In this document: one piece after another, positions 45,923 to 56,360 of the stretch | How positions within the stretch are numbered: the stretch's first letter is position 1 | Layout: the number at the start of each line of letters is the position of its first letter | Assembly: GCA_963700985.1 (NCBI GenBank) | Contig: OY969554.1 | Span: 1,440,001-1,504,000, forward strand | DNA from: an uncultured Chlamydiales bacterium | GTDB lineage: Bacteria; Chlamydiota; Chlamydiia; Chlamydiales; Rhabdochlamydiaceae | Direction: 5' to 3' | DNA: 64,000 nt | Translations under genes and position numbers: made by a program | Notes under the pieces: model-generated | Database searches by the model: none | The model's input: only the letters and a program-made list of their open reading frames with translations | What the model was told of the DNA's origin: nothing

Positions 45923-46017
45923 AAGTAATTAATAAGCTTTGGAATTAAAATTTCTTGAAAAATCCTCATTATAGCGCTACAAGCAAGTTAAGAGAACAAT
46001 TATCTACACGGGCAACT

Positions 46018-46458
46018 ATGAAACGGATCGTCCTAAGCTTGGTGAGCAGCGCGCTCATTTTAACCAGCTGCGAAAGTAAAGCTGGCACTGGCGCTATCGT
46101 CGGGGCAGGCGGAGGAGCCTTAATAGGAGGTGCAGTAGGCGGATGGGAAGGAGCCTTTATTGGTGGAGCTGTTGGCGCAGCTGCAGGTGGCCTTATCGGC
46201 TATGCGCTTGACCAGCAAGATCGCGAGATCATGGAGTCGCGTTCACCACAAACTCTGCGAAAAATTGATCGTGGCGAGCAGTTATCTATCCAGGACATTA
46301 AAAACATGTCACGTAATGGGCTAAAAGATGAAGTAATTATAAATCAGATCAAGGCTACTGGCAGCATCTTCCAGCTTTCAAGCGATGAAATTGTAGATCT
46401 TAAAAAAGCCGGCGTATCACAACGCGTGATTAATTTTATGATTGAAACGGGCGAGTGA
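46018..46458 (+). CDS. Glycine-zipper lipoprotein
   Basis: MKRIVLSLVSSALILTSC lipobox; GAIVGAGGGALIGGAVGG..GGLIGY.LD.QD. Confidence 0.85.
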   Translation: MKRIVLSLVSSALILTSCESKAGTGAIVGAGGGALIGGAVGGWEGAFIGGAVGAAAGGLIGYALDQQDREIMESRSPQTLRKIDRGEQLSIQDIKNMSRNGLKDEVIINQIKATGSIFQLSSDEIVDLKKAGVSQRVINFMIETGE

Positions 46459-46500
46459 CTTGTGAAAATTGAGCATTTAGGATAAAATTTTCGGCCTATC

Positions 46501-47523
46501 ATGACAACAACTGCGCAAACATCTCAGGAAAAAGTCCGCCTTTTTGATTCTCCTGTAATGCAAGAGAAGGTAAGGCAGCTTAGCGAACGCGCTTTAGGTG
46601 ACTTTTTCAGTCTCACTCAAGCTACAAGACGCTTTAATCTTGGGTTTTTTGTTCTTTGCGGGCTCGAACTTATCGCAATCCTGCTTCTTTCTTATCTGTC
46701 TAAACCGCTTTTTATTGCGATCTGCCTTGCTGCTTTGTGCTTAACCATCTTTTCTTATTTTCTACTCTCATTTTATGTGAATGCCAAAAAGCCAGATCAA
46801 ATGGCTGAGATGCAAACAGATTACTTAAGTGCATGCAAGGGACTAGCCGAAGAAGAGGACTCTCTCTTGATGGCTTGTCTCCTGAGACATCTAGCTGATC
46901 TGCTTGAACTTAAAAAATGGACCCTCTCTTCTCCTGCACCTTTTGCATTTCTACAGCCCATCTATGAAAAGTGCCTGATTTGGATGCACTGGAAAGAGAT
47001 TCAACAAATGAAAGAGATGCTTCTGATCGAAGCCATCGGTTACCATCTTAACTTGGTTAAAGATGAGCCAGTCGATCTCGAAGCGCACGCCTCTCTTGCA
47101 CACGCTTATCTCGCACTTGCAAAACTCTATCGCTCTCCCACAGATCTCTCATGGATTCCCGCCGCATACTCTTCGAACGAGATGCACGAAAAATTTGAAG
47201 CCTGCACCGCGCGCGCCATCCAGGAATTTAAGATCTTAGATTCGCTCGCTCCCAATGATCCATGGGTACATGCTCAGCTAGCTAGCATCTACCACGAACT
47301 TGGCATGCTAGACGAAGAAGTCCAAGAACATGAAGCCCTATTAAATCTCTCACCTCAAGATCGCGAACTACAATTTCGTCTAGGCGTACTCTATTTCCGC
47401 CAAGGTGAAACCGCCAAAGCTCTTTTGCTCTATGAGCAGCTCAAAAACTCAAACGACAAGCGCGCGCCCGAACTTATCTCTTATTACGACGCCTGCCCCC
47501 TTTTTCCCTTCTCCGACCTCTAG
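46501..47523 (+). CDS. Membrane-anchored TPR protein
   Basis: Two TM helices near the N-terminus; C-terminal TPRs (APNDPWVHAQLA, FRLGVLYFRQGETAKAL). Confidence 0.8.
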   Translation: MTTTAQTSQEKVRLFDSPVMQEKVRQLSERALGDFFSLTQATRRFNLGFFVLCGLELIAILLLSYLSKPLFIAICLAALCLTIFSYFLLSFYVNAKKPDQMAEMQTDYLSACKGLAEEEDSLLMACLLRHLADLLELKKWTLSSPAPFAFLQPIYEKCLIWMHWKEIQQMKEMLLIEAIGYHLNLVKDEPVDLEAHASLAHAYLALAKLYRSPTDLSWIPAAYSSNEMHEKFEACTARAIQEFKILDSLAPNDPWVHAQLASIYHELGMLDEEVQEHEALLNLSPQDRELQFRLGVLYFRQGETAKALLLYEQLKNSNDKRAPELISYYDACPLFPFSDL

Positions 47524-47599
47524 TTCTTCCCGAGGTCCTTGCTCTTATTTTGATAGGTATTGAAAAAAACCAAAAATCTTCTTAGAATAAAGGTATAAA

Positions 47600-47661
47600 T
47601 GGGTCGGGACTACCCTACCGGCGTTTGTGCCTCAAGGACAACCTTGGGGCCTTTCGCTTTT
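47600..47661 (-). ncRNA. Putative structured RNA element at the 3' end of the DUF3800-like gene
   Basis: Minus strand GCG..GCCCCAAGG-TTGT-CCTTGAGGC..CGC, then GGTAGGG-TAGT-CCCGACC; GC-rich within AT-rich DNA; contains the stop codon. Confidence 0.5.
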
Positions 47662-48386
47662 AAGGGGTAGATACTTGGCTCTTGCTCATAAATCTTTTCT
47701 TTCAAAATCGCAAAGACTCGATTAGGTTGTTGCGGCCTTAAAACAGAAAGGCCTACAGGACGAGCAATTATGTCAGCGAATTGTAATCCTTCTGAATTCG
47801 CTCTTTTATCAGCAACAATGACCTTAAAAGGCAGTTTTTGCATCATGGAATTGTTTCCATCGCACACTCGCTGAAATTCTAATTCCAAAGCCAGATCTTC
47901 TTTTTGACCACGTGCTTCGAAAATTATGTGAGTATCATAATTGTGTTGTTCACGATCTCGAAAAAACCCATAAAGCTTTTCTAAACCTAATCGCATAGCC
48001 AAGTGATAGACGTGTATCGGATCTGCCCCATGTTCTTTTATTGCGTATTTATCTATGACAATAGGGATAAAGGTGAAATCAGTTTGAGCAACCAGATCAG
48101 TTAATGACTCCAAGAATGTTTCTCGCAAGTCTTTGTTCAACTTACTGAAGGCCCCAAATTTTTTTCGGATTTCGTGCTCATGTAAGATGACCATATCGTG
48201 GCCAAAAGTCGAAAATTTAAGCATCCGCAAAGCAGGTGTAACTTTGTGCGCATAGTATTCTTTCTGAAATATGCAGAAAGATAATACAAATAACGGATAC
48301 CGCTGATTGATCGACTCAAGACTATGATCACCGCTTTCATCAACGTAGACGATATAGGCGCCATGCCTTGGATCAGTAATGCTCAC
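47610..48386 (-). CDS. DUF3800 domain-containing protein (RNase H-like fold)
   Basis: YIVYVDESGDH, ILHEHEIRK, IFEARG, GLQFADIIARPVG; AT-rich stand-alone gene. Confidence 0.85.
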   Translation of the reverse strand: MSITDPRHGAYIVYVDESGDHSLESINQRYPLFVLSFCIFQKEYYAHKVTPALRMLKFSTFGHDMVILHEHEIRKKFGAFSKLNKDLRETFLESLTDLVAQTDFTFIPIVIDKYAIKEHGADPIHVYHLAMRLGLEKLYGFFRDREQHNYDTHIIFEARGQKEDLALELEFQRVCDGNNSMMQKLPFKVIVADKRANSEGLQFADIIARPVGLSVLRPQQPNRVFAILKEKIYEQEPSIYPLKAKGPKVVLEAQTPVG

Positions 48387-48607
48387 TTAAGATTCCTATC
48401 AAATGGCAATCAAAAAATGAGTATGCTAAATCTTTAGATAGAAATTTTCCACATCCAAAATTTGAAACATTTCATCTTTCCTATCTTGGCGGCTTTTGTG
48501 ATCTCTGTGGTGAAATTCTTCATCTTTTGTGTGATAACACCGACTCCATTTGTAAAATAATATGTTGTGGGTATAATCGGCCAAAATTCTTAAGCCATAG
48601 GTGTGTC

Positions 48608-51310
48608 ATGCGTAGAGATCATTTCGTTTTCTGCTTGTTAGCACTCTCTCTTCCCCTTCTTCCGGCGCTAAAGCCGGTAAAGAATGCTACGCCTCAAGAG
48701 GCTCTGCAGCTCAGACGCATCGCCGAATATTGGAAAGAGGGCGACTATGCAGCCGCTAAAACCCAAATTCTCGAGCTGCTTTCGAATAAGCCAAATAGCA
48801 GTGCTCGCGAACAGCTCTATACGATGCTGGGCGATCTTTATTTCTTCGAGAATCAATATGAAGAAGCCGTTGAAGCTTACAGTCACGTGCAGGATAAGGA
48901 TCTGCAAAAAAAGTGTCAGCTGAATCAATTGCGCTCACTTTATGGTCTAAATCGCTATCCCGAAGTGATCACTCAAGTTGCCAAAGAACTCAATCAAGCT
49001 GGCGGCGATCGCTTTGAAATGCATTATCTCTTAGCTGAATCTCTCTGGCGTCAAGGCATGCAGACGAAAGATGAAGCCAAAAAACTCCAAATTCTAGAAA
49101 AAGCAAAAGAAGAGTATGAAGGACTTTCTAAATCTACGTTCAAAGATTCCTCACTTCTTCCGCTAGCCTACATTCATCGCGAGCTAAAGCATTACCCCGA
49201 AGCTGCCGATTTATTTCTGAAACTGGCACAAAAATATCCTGATAAAAAAGAAGATCTGCTGTTCCAAGTGGCTTCTATGCAAGTTCAAGAAAATAAAGAA
49301 GATGCCTGCAAAACGTTTGCATCGGTCTATCAATTAGGCGGGGAAAAAGCACAGGCTGCTGCTTATAACCAGCTATTACTCCTTTTCCAAATGGAAAAAC
49401 ACGCGGATTTTCTAGCTGTACGCGAGGAAGCAGTTAAGCATCTCTCTCCAGAAAAACTTCCGCTTATCCAACTTTATACAGGTAAAAGTCACTTTGCGCT
49501 GAAAGAATACACACAGGCAGTGGCTCCTCTGCAAGGATTTGTTGCTGGCAAGCAAACAGCGACTCCTGAGCTAAAAAGTGCATTGATCTGCCTAATTAAT
49601 TGCGCAAGAGAGACGAAAGATCTTTCCGTAATGGCAAACGCCGTTCAAAAAATGGGCCAGTTCTTTCTAGAAGATGCTGACTATGCCAAAACACTCATAT
49701 TGCACTCGCAAGTCTGCGAAGAACAGGGCGACCTAAGCGCGGCACAAGAACAGCTAGAGCGTGTGCTCGTTGCCTTTCCAGATTACGAAGAAAAAGAATC
49801 TCTCTCTTATGAAAAAGGCCGCCTGCAACTTAAAGCTCAAAAATGGGAGAAAGGTCGCGAGACTTTTTCAGACTTCATTCAAACCTTTCCTGCCAGTACC
49901 CAGCTCGGCTCTGCTTGGCATCAGTTAGTGCACGCCGGCCTGATGGAGCGTAAACATGCAACAGCAGGTGAGCAACAAGCTAAAAATGAGATGGTCGCCT
50001 CGCTATTAAATGAAGCTCTTAAACAAGAGAATGTCTGGAAAGCCGAAGAAAAAGAAAGCTATGCGTTTTTACTAGGCAAGACGCTTTATGCCTTAGGCAA
50101 ATGGGATGAGAGCACACAGCAATTAGGCGCTTTCATCACAGAACATGCTGCTTCAACATCGCTTGCCGAAGCACATCTGCTAGCTGCTTTAGCTATGCAT
50201 CGCTCTGGAAAAGAGGGAGCAAATTTCCTCGATCACGCTGAAAAAGCTCTTGTGCTTAACCCGCATTTAGAAAATAGCTCCGTACTGCGTCTCATGCTTT
50301 ACAATGCCTATCTCAGAGAAGCTGGTCACAAACATGGCGACAAAGAATTAATCGAAAAAGCCGCTAACCACCTATTTGAATGTGCTAGGCAAAATGATGT
50401 CGAAGTAAAACGCGACAATCTGCTTTGGTTAGCCAACTATTACTACAGCAGAGCAAAAGCCGAAAAAGGCGGTAGCAATTACAGCGAAAGAGCCACGCAG
50501 TTATTTGAGCGTATTCTAAAAGAGCTCAAAGCCATTTCAGCAGATACTCTTTTCCTAGAAGGAGAGGCTCTTAAATATGCTGACCTGCTTAATCATATCG
50601 ATAAAAAAGCAGACTCTCTTGTGATCTTAAATGATCTACGCGCCCTTTATGATGCGCAGCCAGAATTAACCTGGAAGTTTCAGCGACGCACTCTATTGGA
50701 GCTCGGTCGTGTCTATGCCCAGGTGAACGATTATGAAAAAGCACTTTCAACTTATGATTATCTTATCAACACATCTTCGCATGCCCTCTCTTCAGCCGCA
50801 GATGCGGCGCTGCTTGAACGCGCACGCTTGGAATATGGACTTTTAAAGAAAGAAGAGAAAAGTGATGCTAATCCTCGCCTTTCTTCTATTTTGGCTGCGC
50901 TAAAAGACCTTCAAATTAAGCGTAGGCTGCATAGTGAGCCCATCCACCTTGAAGCCGCGTTAGATTACGCGCTGATCAAGTCGGAACTGGCTCCCAAAGA
51001 GAAGCGGCTAGAAAAATTAGTAGCGCTTTTGAAAAATGTGAAAGATGAGTTTTTAAGTGAGGAAGATGCTGATTCTCAAGAGTATCAGGCTTGCAGACTC
51101 CGTCAGTCTGAAAAAGATCAGTTATTTCAGACTTACATGAAATTCATCGATTCCCTCATTCTTCAAACGCAAGCTGCTTTATGCGAAAATGAAGAAGAAG
51201 CCAAAGAACTCAAAATTAAGGGTGATGCGCTGCTCGAAGAACTGAAAAATTCTTCTTCGGACTTAACACCTTATTTACGCGAGAAGATTAAGAACACGAC
51301 CAGTCTATGA
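48608..51310 (+). CDS. Large TPR-repeat protein with signal peptide
   Basis: MRRDHFVFCLLALSLPLL start; many TPR-like helices (MLGDLYF..YEEAVEAY, ELGRVYAQ..YEKALSTY). Confidence 0.85.
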   Translation: MRRDHFVFCLLALSLPLLPALKPVKNATPQEALQLRRIAEYWKEGDYAAAKTQILELLSNKPNSSAREQLYTMLGDLYFFENQYEEAVEAYSHVQDKDLQKKCQLNQLRSLYGLNRYPEVITQVAKELNQAGGDRFEMHYLLAESLWRQGMQTKDEAKKLQILEKAKEEYEGLSKSTFKDSSLLPLAYIHRELKHYPEAADLFLKLAQKYPDKKEDLLFQVASMQVQENKEDACKTFASVYQLGGEKAQAAAYNQLLLLFQMEKHADFLAVREEAVKHLSPEKLPLIQLYTGKSHFALKEYTQAVAPLQGFVAGKQTATPELKSALICLINCARETKDLSVMANAVQKMGQFFLEDADYAKTLILHSQVCEEQGDLSAAQEQLERVLVAFPDYEEKESLSYEKGRLQLKAQKWEKGRETFSDFIQTFPASTQLGSAWHQLVHAGLMERKHATAGEQQAKNEMVASLLNEALKQENVWKAEEKESYAFLLGKTLYALGKWDESTQQLGAFITEHAASTSLAEAHLLAALAMHRSGKEGANFLDHAEKALVLNPHLENSSVLRLMLYNAYLREAGHKHGDKELIEKAANHLFECARQNDVEVKRDNLLWLANYYYSRAKAEKGGSNYSERATQLFERILKELKAISADTLFLEGEALKYADLLNHIDKKADSLVILNDLRALYDAQPELTWKFQRRTLLELGRVYAQVNDYEKALSTYDYLINTSSHALSSAADAALLERARLEYGLLKKEEKSDANPRLSSILAALKDLQIKRRLHSEPIHLEAALDYALIKSELAPKEKRLEKLVALLKNVKDEFLSEEDADSQEYQACRLRQSEKDQLFQTYMKFIDSLILQTQAALCENEEEAKELKIKGDALLEELKNSSSDLTPYLREKIKNTTSL

Positions 51311-53166
51311 ATAAAAAGCGTTCCCTGCTAGCGACCTGCTTTCTCGTCTCGGTGAGCTTGCATATCTTTTTTCTCGCCTTCTTTATGCGGAATCCATTAG
51401 TTCTGCAAAGCCGCTTTGCCTCACTCTTTCGTAAAAGCACGCCTACTCAGGAAACGATCGCGGCTAATGAAGATGATCTTTTACACCAAGAAATGCTCGA
51501 AGAGGTGTTCGAGGAATTTGCTAAACCTAGCATAAAAGAGATCCCCTTCGATCTGCGCTTTCAACCTACCGACAACTTTAAGCAGCCCTCGGAAGAGCTC
51601 GTTGCTAAGACGCCCGAGCTGCCTCAATTGCCAGAGGCGCCTCTTGAGCAAGCAGACGAGGTCTCTTTACCCACCATGATCGCCCCCTCTTTAGCTTTTG
51701 TGCTGGCAAATTGTGAAGAGCTAGAGAGAACCAAAGAACAAGATGATACGATTTACCCGCAGCTTGCCCTAGAAAAGCGCGCTAGCTCAGAGCCGCAAAA
51801 AACACTTACCTCCTCGTTTGCGCTCGATGACGTAGAAGAGATCGACGACATCGGTCTAGATTCAATGCCCGTAGCAGTCATGACTGAATCAGACTTGCCA
51901 CCCGCTGCACTCATCGAAAGCTTTACCAAAGAACCTTCTCTCGACGTTTTCCCCGAACTGCAATCTTCGATGAATTCGCCTCTCTTTTCTTCGGATGAAA
52001 AAGAAAAAACACGCCCTTTTCTTCTTCCGCAAAGCCCAATCATTTCTTTAGGAAAAGATGCATCGCTCGGCATTCCAGAAATGGACGCTCTTCCTGATCT
52101 CGATGCTTATCTTTTACCCGAAATTGCGCAAGCCAGACCTTGGGATGAAGCCTTTGATCTCAAAGTTCAACTGATGCCTCATCCAGAAGGCAAAGGCTAT
52201 GTCTTCGCGCTTAATCTCACTGCCAATGATGAGATCGCAATGGAAAGCATGTCTCAGAACTACTACTTTCTGATCGACCGTTCTAGCTCCATCGAACGCT
52301 ATCGTTTCGCTTCTTTTAAAAGAGCCGTCTTAAAAGGCCTCGCTTGTCTGCGCGAAGGCGATAAATTCAACATCATCCTATTTGATAAAAAGATCAGACG
52401 CTTAAGCGAAAGTCCTATTCCCTTTTCAAAAGCTGCGCTACAACGCGCTGAAGAGTTTTTAGAGCCACAAGAATGCGGCGGCGCCTTTGCTTCCTCCGAT
52501 CCTTATGCTGCGCTGCCTAAAGTTCTGCCTAGCCAACTCTCGGAAGACGAAGCCCACACTGCCATCTTGATCAGTGATGGCGGCTCTACGCAAGCTCTGG
52601 CTAAACATCAGAAATATATCGCTCAGTGGATTAACAAAAATGAAGGCAAGATCACGGTGCACGCAGCAGCCGTAGGAAAAAACAATAACCTCATTATGCT
52701 TGATCTTCTAACCAGCTGCAGTGGCGGCCAGCTCCTTTATTCTGACACACATGCAGCCTTTCCACGAAAACTCGGCAAGCTCATCTTAGATCAGCGCAAT
52801 CCGATGGTAAAAGATCTAACAATTACAGCTGTTTCAAAAGATCCTGAAACCGAAGTTCTCTTCTATCCCTCTTCAACACAGATGCCCACTCTATTTGCGC
52901 AGCGCCCATATGAGATTGTAGGTACTGTTGATAGCTTCAGCGACTTCACCATTTTGATTCAGGGAAAGTACAAAGATCAGTGGGTGAGCATCACCAAAAA
53001 CATCTCTCTTAAACAATCCGCTAAGGCCCCACGTCTTTTAGAAAAACGCTGGGCTAAAGTGCGCGCTAAAGGCCAGTATGAGAGCTTTTTAAAAGAGGGC
53101 AAGGTTGCACACCTCTTAAAAGCCAAGGAACTCCTCAAATCATCTGGCAATGAGCAATTCCAATGA
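51307..53166 (+). CDS. Membrane-anchored von Willebrand factor A domain protein
   Basis: N-terminal TM, acidic Pro-rich linker, MIDAS-like FLIDRSSSI, DKFNIILF, ILISDG. Confidence 0.8.
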   Translation: MNKKRSLLATCFLVSVSLHIFFLAFFMRNPLVLQSRFASLFRKSTPTQETIAANEDDLLHQEMLEEVFEEFAKPSIKEIPFDLRFQPTDNFKQPSEELVAKTPELPQLPEAPLEQADEVSLPTMIAPSLAFVLANCEELERTKEQDDTIYPQLALEKRASSEPQKTLTSSFALDDVEEIDDIGLDSMPVAVMTESDLPPAALIESFTKEPSLDVFPELQSSMNSPLFSSDEKEKTRPFLLPQSPIISLGKDASLGIPEMDALPDLDAYLLPEIAQARPWDEAFDLKVQLMPHPEGKGYVFALNLTANDEIAMESMSQNYYFLIDRSSSIERYRFASFKRAVLKGLACLREGDKFNIILFDKKIRRLSESPIPFSKAALQRAEEFLEPQECGGAFASSDPYAALPKVLPSQLSEDEAHTAILISDGGSTQALAKHQKYIAQWINKNEGKITVHAAAVGKNNNLIMLDLLTSCSGGQLLYSDTHAAFPRKLGKLILDQRNPMVKDLTITAVSKDPETEVLFYPSSTQMPTLFAQRPYEIVGTVDSFSDFTILIQGKYKDQWVSITKNISLKQSAKAPRLLEKRWAKVRAKGQYESFLKEGKVAHLLKAKELLKSSGNEQFQ

Positions 53167-53732
53167 GTCTGCGGATCCTAGGCGGGACCCTGCGCGGCCG
53201 CCTGCTTAAATCTCCCAAACATGAATCTGTTCGGCCCACCACGGGCATCCTGCGTAAATCGGTCTTTGATATTTGCAAAGATCGCATTTTAGAAGCGCGC
53301 TTTTTAGATCTTTTTGCAGGTTCTGGATCTATCGGCATCGAGGCGCTAAGCCGCGGCGCAGAACATGTGACCTTTGTCGACAATGACGCACGCTCGATTC
53401 AATGCATTCAAGAAAACCTACGCACTTTTAAACTCGAAGAGCAAGCTACCCTGCTTAAAGGTGACGTGGTAACCATATTAGGCAGATTAGAAGAGCTCAA
53501 CAAGACCTTCGATATCATCTATATAGACCCTCCTTATGGGGAGACAGCCTTCCATCCTCAACTCATTACTCTACTCGATCAACTTCAGCTCGCACATGAT
53601 GCCACCGTCTTTATCGAAGAAGCCTATCCATCGCCCTGGCTTAAGCAAGAGATCCCCCTCAAACATCTAATCTGTAAAGATAAGCGCCACTTCGGCAGGT
53701 CGCTCTTGCATCAATATATTCCGCGCCCTTAG
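53163..53732 (+). CDS. rsmD: 16S rRNA (guanine966-N2)-methyltransferase
   Basis: LRILGG..GR.L, VRPT, LDLFAGSGSIGIEALSRGA, DPPY. Confidence 0.95.
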   Translation: MSLRILGGTLRGRLLKSPKHESVRPTTGILRKSVFDICKDRILEARFLDLFAGSGSIGIEALSRGAEHVTFVDNDARSIQCIQENLRTFKLEEQATLLKGDVVTILGRLEELNKTFDIIYIDPPYGETAFHPQLITLLDQLQLAHDATVFIEEAYPSPWLKQEIPLKHLICKDKRHFGRSLLHQYIPRP

Positions 53733-53741
53733 TCTGCAATT

Positions 53742-54224
53742 ATGGAAAAGGCTCTTTTTGCCGGTAGTTTTGATCCGCCCACCCTTGGCCATCTGGATAT
53801 CATCCAACGCGCTGCATCCCTCTTTAAAGAGCTTCATGTGGGCATCGCCATCAACCTATCCAAAAGCAGCAAAGAGATCTTCACCATTCAAGAAAGAGAA
53901 ACAATGCTGCGCGAACTCACGCGCGATCTTCCCAATGTGAAAATCGAAAGCTTTTCAGAGCTTGCTGTAGACTTTGCCAAGAAAAAGAAGCTCGGCGTCT
54001 TGATCCGCGGGTTGCGTTCAGGAGTAGAGTTGGACACAGAATTTCAAATGGCACTCGCCAATCGCAAACTAAGCGGACTCGAAACGCTTTTTCTGCCCGC
54101 TAATCCCGATTATGCACATATTAGCTCTACGCTAATTAAAGAGATCGCCCATTTCAAACGTCGGCTGCACGCCTTTGTGCCACCCTCGCTTGAAGAGCAG
54201 ATCTTTTCGCGTTTGTCACAATAG
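53742..54224 (+). CDS. coaD: Pantetheine-phosphate adenylyltransferase
   Basis: FAGSFDPPTLGHLDIIQRA, IRGLR, ISSTLIKEIA. Confidence 0.97.
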   Translation: MEKALFAGSFDPPTLGHLDIIQRAASLFKELHVGIAINLSKSSKEIFTIQERETMLRELTRDLPNVKIESFSELAVDFAKKKKLGVLIRGLRSGVELDTEFQMALANRKLSGLETLFLPANPDYAHISSTLIKEIAHFKRRLHAFVPPSLEEQIFSRLSQ

Positions 54225-54307
54225 GTTCATTTCCATCAAATACGCGGTGTAATTGATTTTTTTCTGTCTGAGTGGCAAACTGCTGCAAATTTTTATTCAC
54301 CAGGCTC

Positions 54308-55324
54308 ATGACACATCCAATTGCTCCTACTTCTCCGCGCATCTCTGTTGAATCTACAGACTCTCTTGCACCTCCTGCTACGCATAAAAAAAGAAAATCT
54401 GTTAGTTGGAGGGATCATATCTTTAATGATCCTTTAGCTCTATACGAGAACCGAACAATTGAGGCGCGCAGTCAGCCAGTGGTGCATTTTTACATTCCAC
54501 CTGCTCCAGTCAAAGCAGCTCATCTAGAGGTTAGAACAGATAAGCAGCCTACGCAAAGAGAAGTTACCTGCTGGTCTTGGCTAGAAAATATTCTTCCCGC
54601 GTTTCTATTCAATATTCTTTCGTGGTTTAAAAGCGCGATTGAATCATTTTTCTTTTCTGTGGCTGCCTCAGAAACACCAGCGGGAGAAATATCACCCATT
54701 TCTACCTTAGGCGAACCGGCGCCATCTACTGAAAAACAGCCGAGTCAAGGTGCTCTCCCTCTTGCAGCTGAATTAGAGCAGATTGAAGGTGAGTTAGATG
54801 AGATAGAGGGTGAGGAAGCATCTGAAGAAGACTTTCGAACCTCACACAAGCCTGACCCAATTGTTAAGTTGCTAAATAGTCTCTTCCTTCATCAAATTAC
54901 AACATGGAATGACGAACAAGAAAAAGAAAAATTTAATATTACGGGCTACTTCTTTTCTAAGAGGATTACAGTTGTAAAACTTATATTTCCAGACGAAGAA
55001 GCGGCATTAGAAAAACACTTAAAAACATACACTGGTGCAAATAAGAGTGAGTATCTCCCTGATCTGAAAGAGTTCTTTAGCTCTTTTATCGAGAAAGGAA
55101 ACGCTGTGGATTTTACCTGGACGCAGGTAGCAATTTCGAAAAAACCCAGTTTTAGGAAAGACCAACATTCGATTGTTACCTCTGTAACTGAATGGACAGT
55201 AGATAACAAAAAACTTGAATCAAGAAACTTTTCTCGCCCAAACCTACGAGAGCCTATTGCCGTAATTCGAAACTTTCCTTTACTTGCTGAGGCCGGCATT
55301 TCAACTGCCGATCTTACTGTGTGA
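54308..55324 (+). CDS. Hypothetical effector-like protein
   Basis: Ser/Thr/Pro-rich N-terminus; amphipathic segment CWSWLENILPAFLFNILSWFKSAIESFF; acidic stretch. Confidence 0.7.
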   Translation: MTHPIAPTSPRISVESTDSLAPPATHKKRKSVSWRDHIFNDPLALYENRTIEARSQPVVHFYIPPAPVKAAHLEVRTDKQPTQREVTCWSWLENILPAFLFNILSWFKSAIESFFFSVAASETPAGEISPISTLGEPAPSTEKQPSQGALPLAAELEQIEGELDEIEGEEASEEDFRTSHKPDPIVKLLNSLFLHQITTWNDEQEKEKFNITGYFFSKRITVVKLIFPDEEAALEKHLKTYTGANKSEYLPDLKEFFSSFIEKGNAVDFTWTQVAISKKPSFRKDQHSIVTSVTEWTVDNKKLESRNFSRPNLREPIAVIRNFPLLAEAGISTADLTV

Positions 55325-55458
55325 GTTTGAGCTATTTACCTCTATTCCATAGGTTTTAAAATAAATTTTATGTATTTTAATTTGAAATTATAATCTTTGA
55401 TATTAATTATAAATGCATTATAATTTTATAGAATTAAAACAAAATAACGGAATCTTAT

Positions 55459-56346
55459 ATGTCCATTAAACCACCTAGCCTAAGTCTCAAGACAGTTGAT
55501 CTAAACTCTTCGGTGAACTCTTTTCTCTCTAATTCACCAACAAATAAGGCTTCCCCAACTGGCCCTGATATGCACTCAAGATTCCTGCCCGATGAGCACA
55601 CACCAGAACGCTTTTGTGCATGCCTAGATAACTGGCTGCCTGCTTGTATCGTGGGATTTATCGAAATGATCTGTGCATGGGTAAATTCGATTTGTGGAAA
55701 AACAGAAGCCGCGGAAGCAAACCCCTCCTCTGAACCCAATTCTCCAAAATCTCCTTCCCCAAGATCTCCCGTAGCGCAGCCATCAGCCTTAGCTGCAGCT
55801 GCTCCAGATGTACAGCCAGCTCAAGTTAATATCATTCCTTGTGCAGGGATACGCAAGATCTTTAATCTAGATGCGTTTAACTGGGAAAACACATATGCCC
55901 GATATCGCGAAATGGATAGTAGCGGAACAAGCAAACACTGCGAAAAATTTGAAAGCACAACCATCATCCACGCAGTTGTCACCTATAAAGACGGCTCAAC
56001 TCTCCCTCAAAGGATGCAGCAGGCTTTCACACCAAAAAACCGCGGCGAATACCGAGCTGTGCTCGATAAGTTCCGAGCCCAACTTGAAACAGACAAAGAA
56101 ATCACCGACTACAAAATCGTCATTTTGGGGCACTCCCGATCCGGTGGATTAGCTGACATGGCTAGCATAGCCACTTATATTAACAGCACAGCACGTTACG
56201 GCCATCCCAGGTTTTTCGCTTGGACCTTTAACGAATATCTCCAGGAAGTTCGTACAAATGCAGCCTTACCTCCAGATCAGCAGGATAAACAGATTCAGCT
56301 TTTATCAAGCGTTCTGAAGTCTCAGGATTTTCCTCTACCTTATTGA
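55459..56346 (+). CDS. Hypothetical effector-like protein
   Basis: Ser-rich N-terminus (MSIKPPSLS..); motif RFCACLDNWLPACIVGFIEMICAWVNS. Confidence 0.75.
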   Translation: MSIKPPSLSLKTVDLNSSVNSFLSNSPTNKASPTGPDMHSRFLPDEHTPERFCACLDNWLPACIVGFIEMICAWVNSICGKTEAAEANPSSEPNSPKSPSPRSPVAQPSALAAAAPDVQPAQVNIIPCAGIRKIFNLDAFNWENTYARYREMDSSGTSKHCEKFESTTIIHAVVTYKDGSTLPQRMQQAFTPKNRGEYRAVLDKFRAQLETDKEITDYKIVILGHSRSGGLADMASIATYINSTARYGHPRFFAWTFNEYLQEVRTNAALPPDQQDKQIQLLSSVLKSQDFPLPY

Positions 56347-56360
56347 CTTTAGGGAATTTC

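Noticed and set aside
48480-48527. Short TTTGTGATCTCTGTGGTG segment as a mobile-element end next to the DUF3800-like gene
   Set aside because: No matching counterpart or target-site duplication was found on the other side of the gene.
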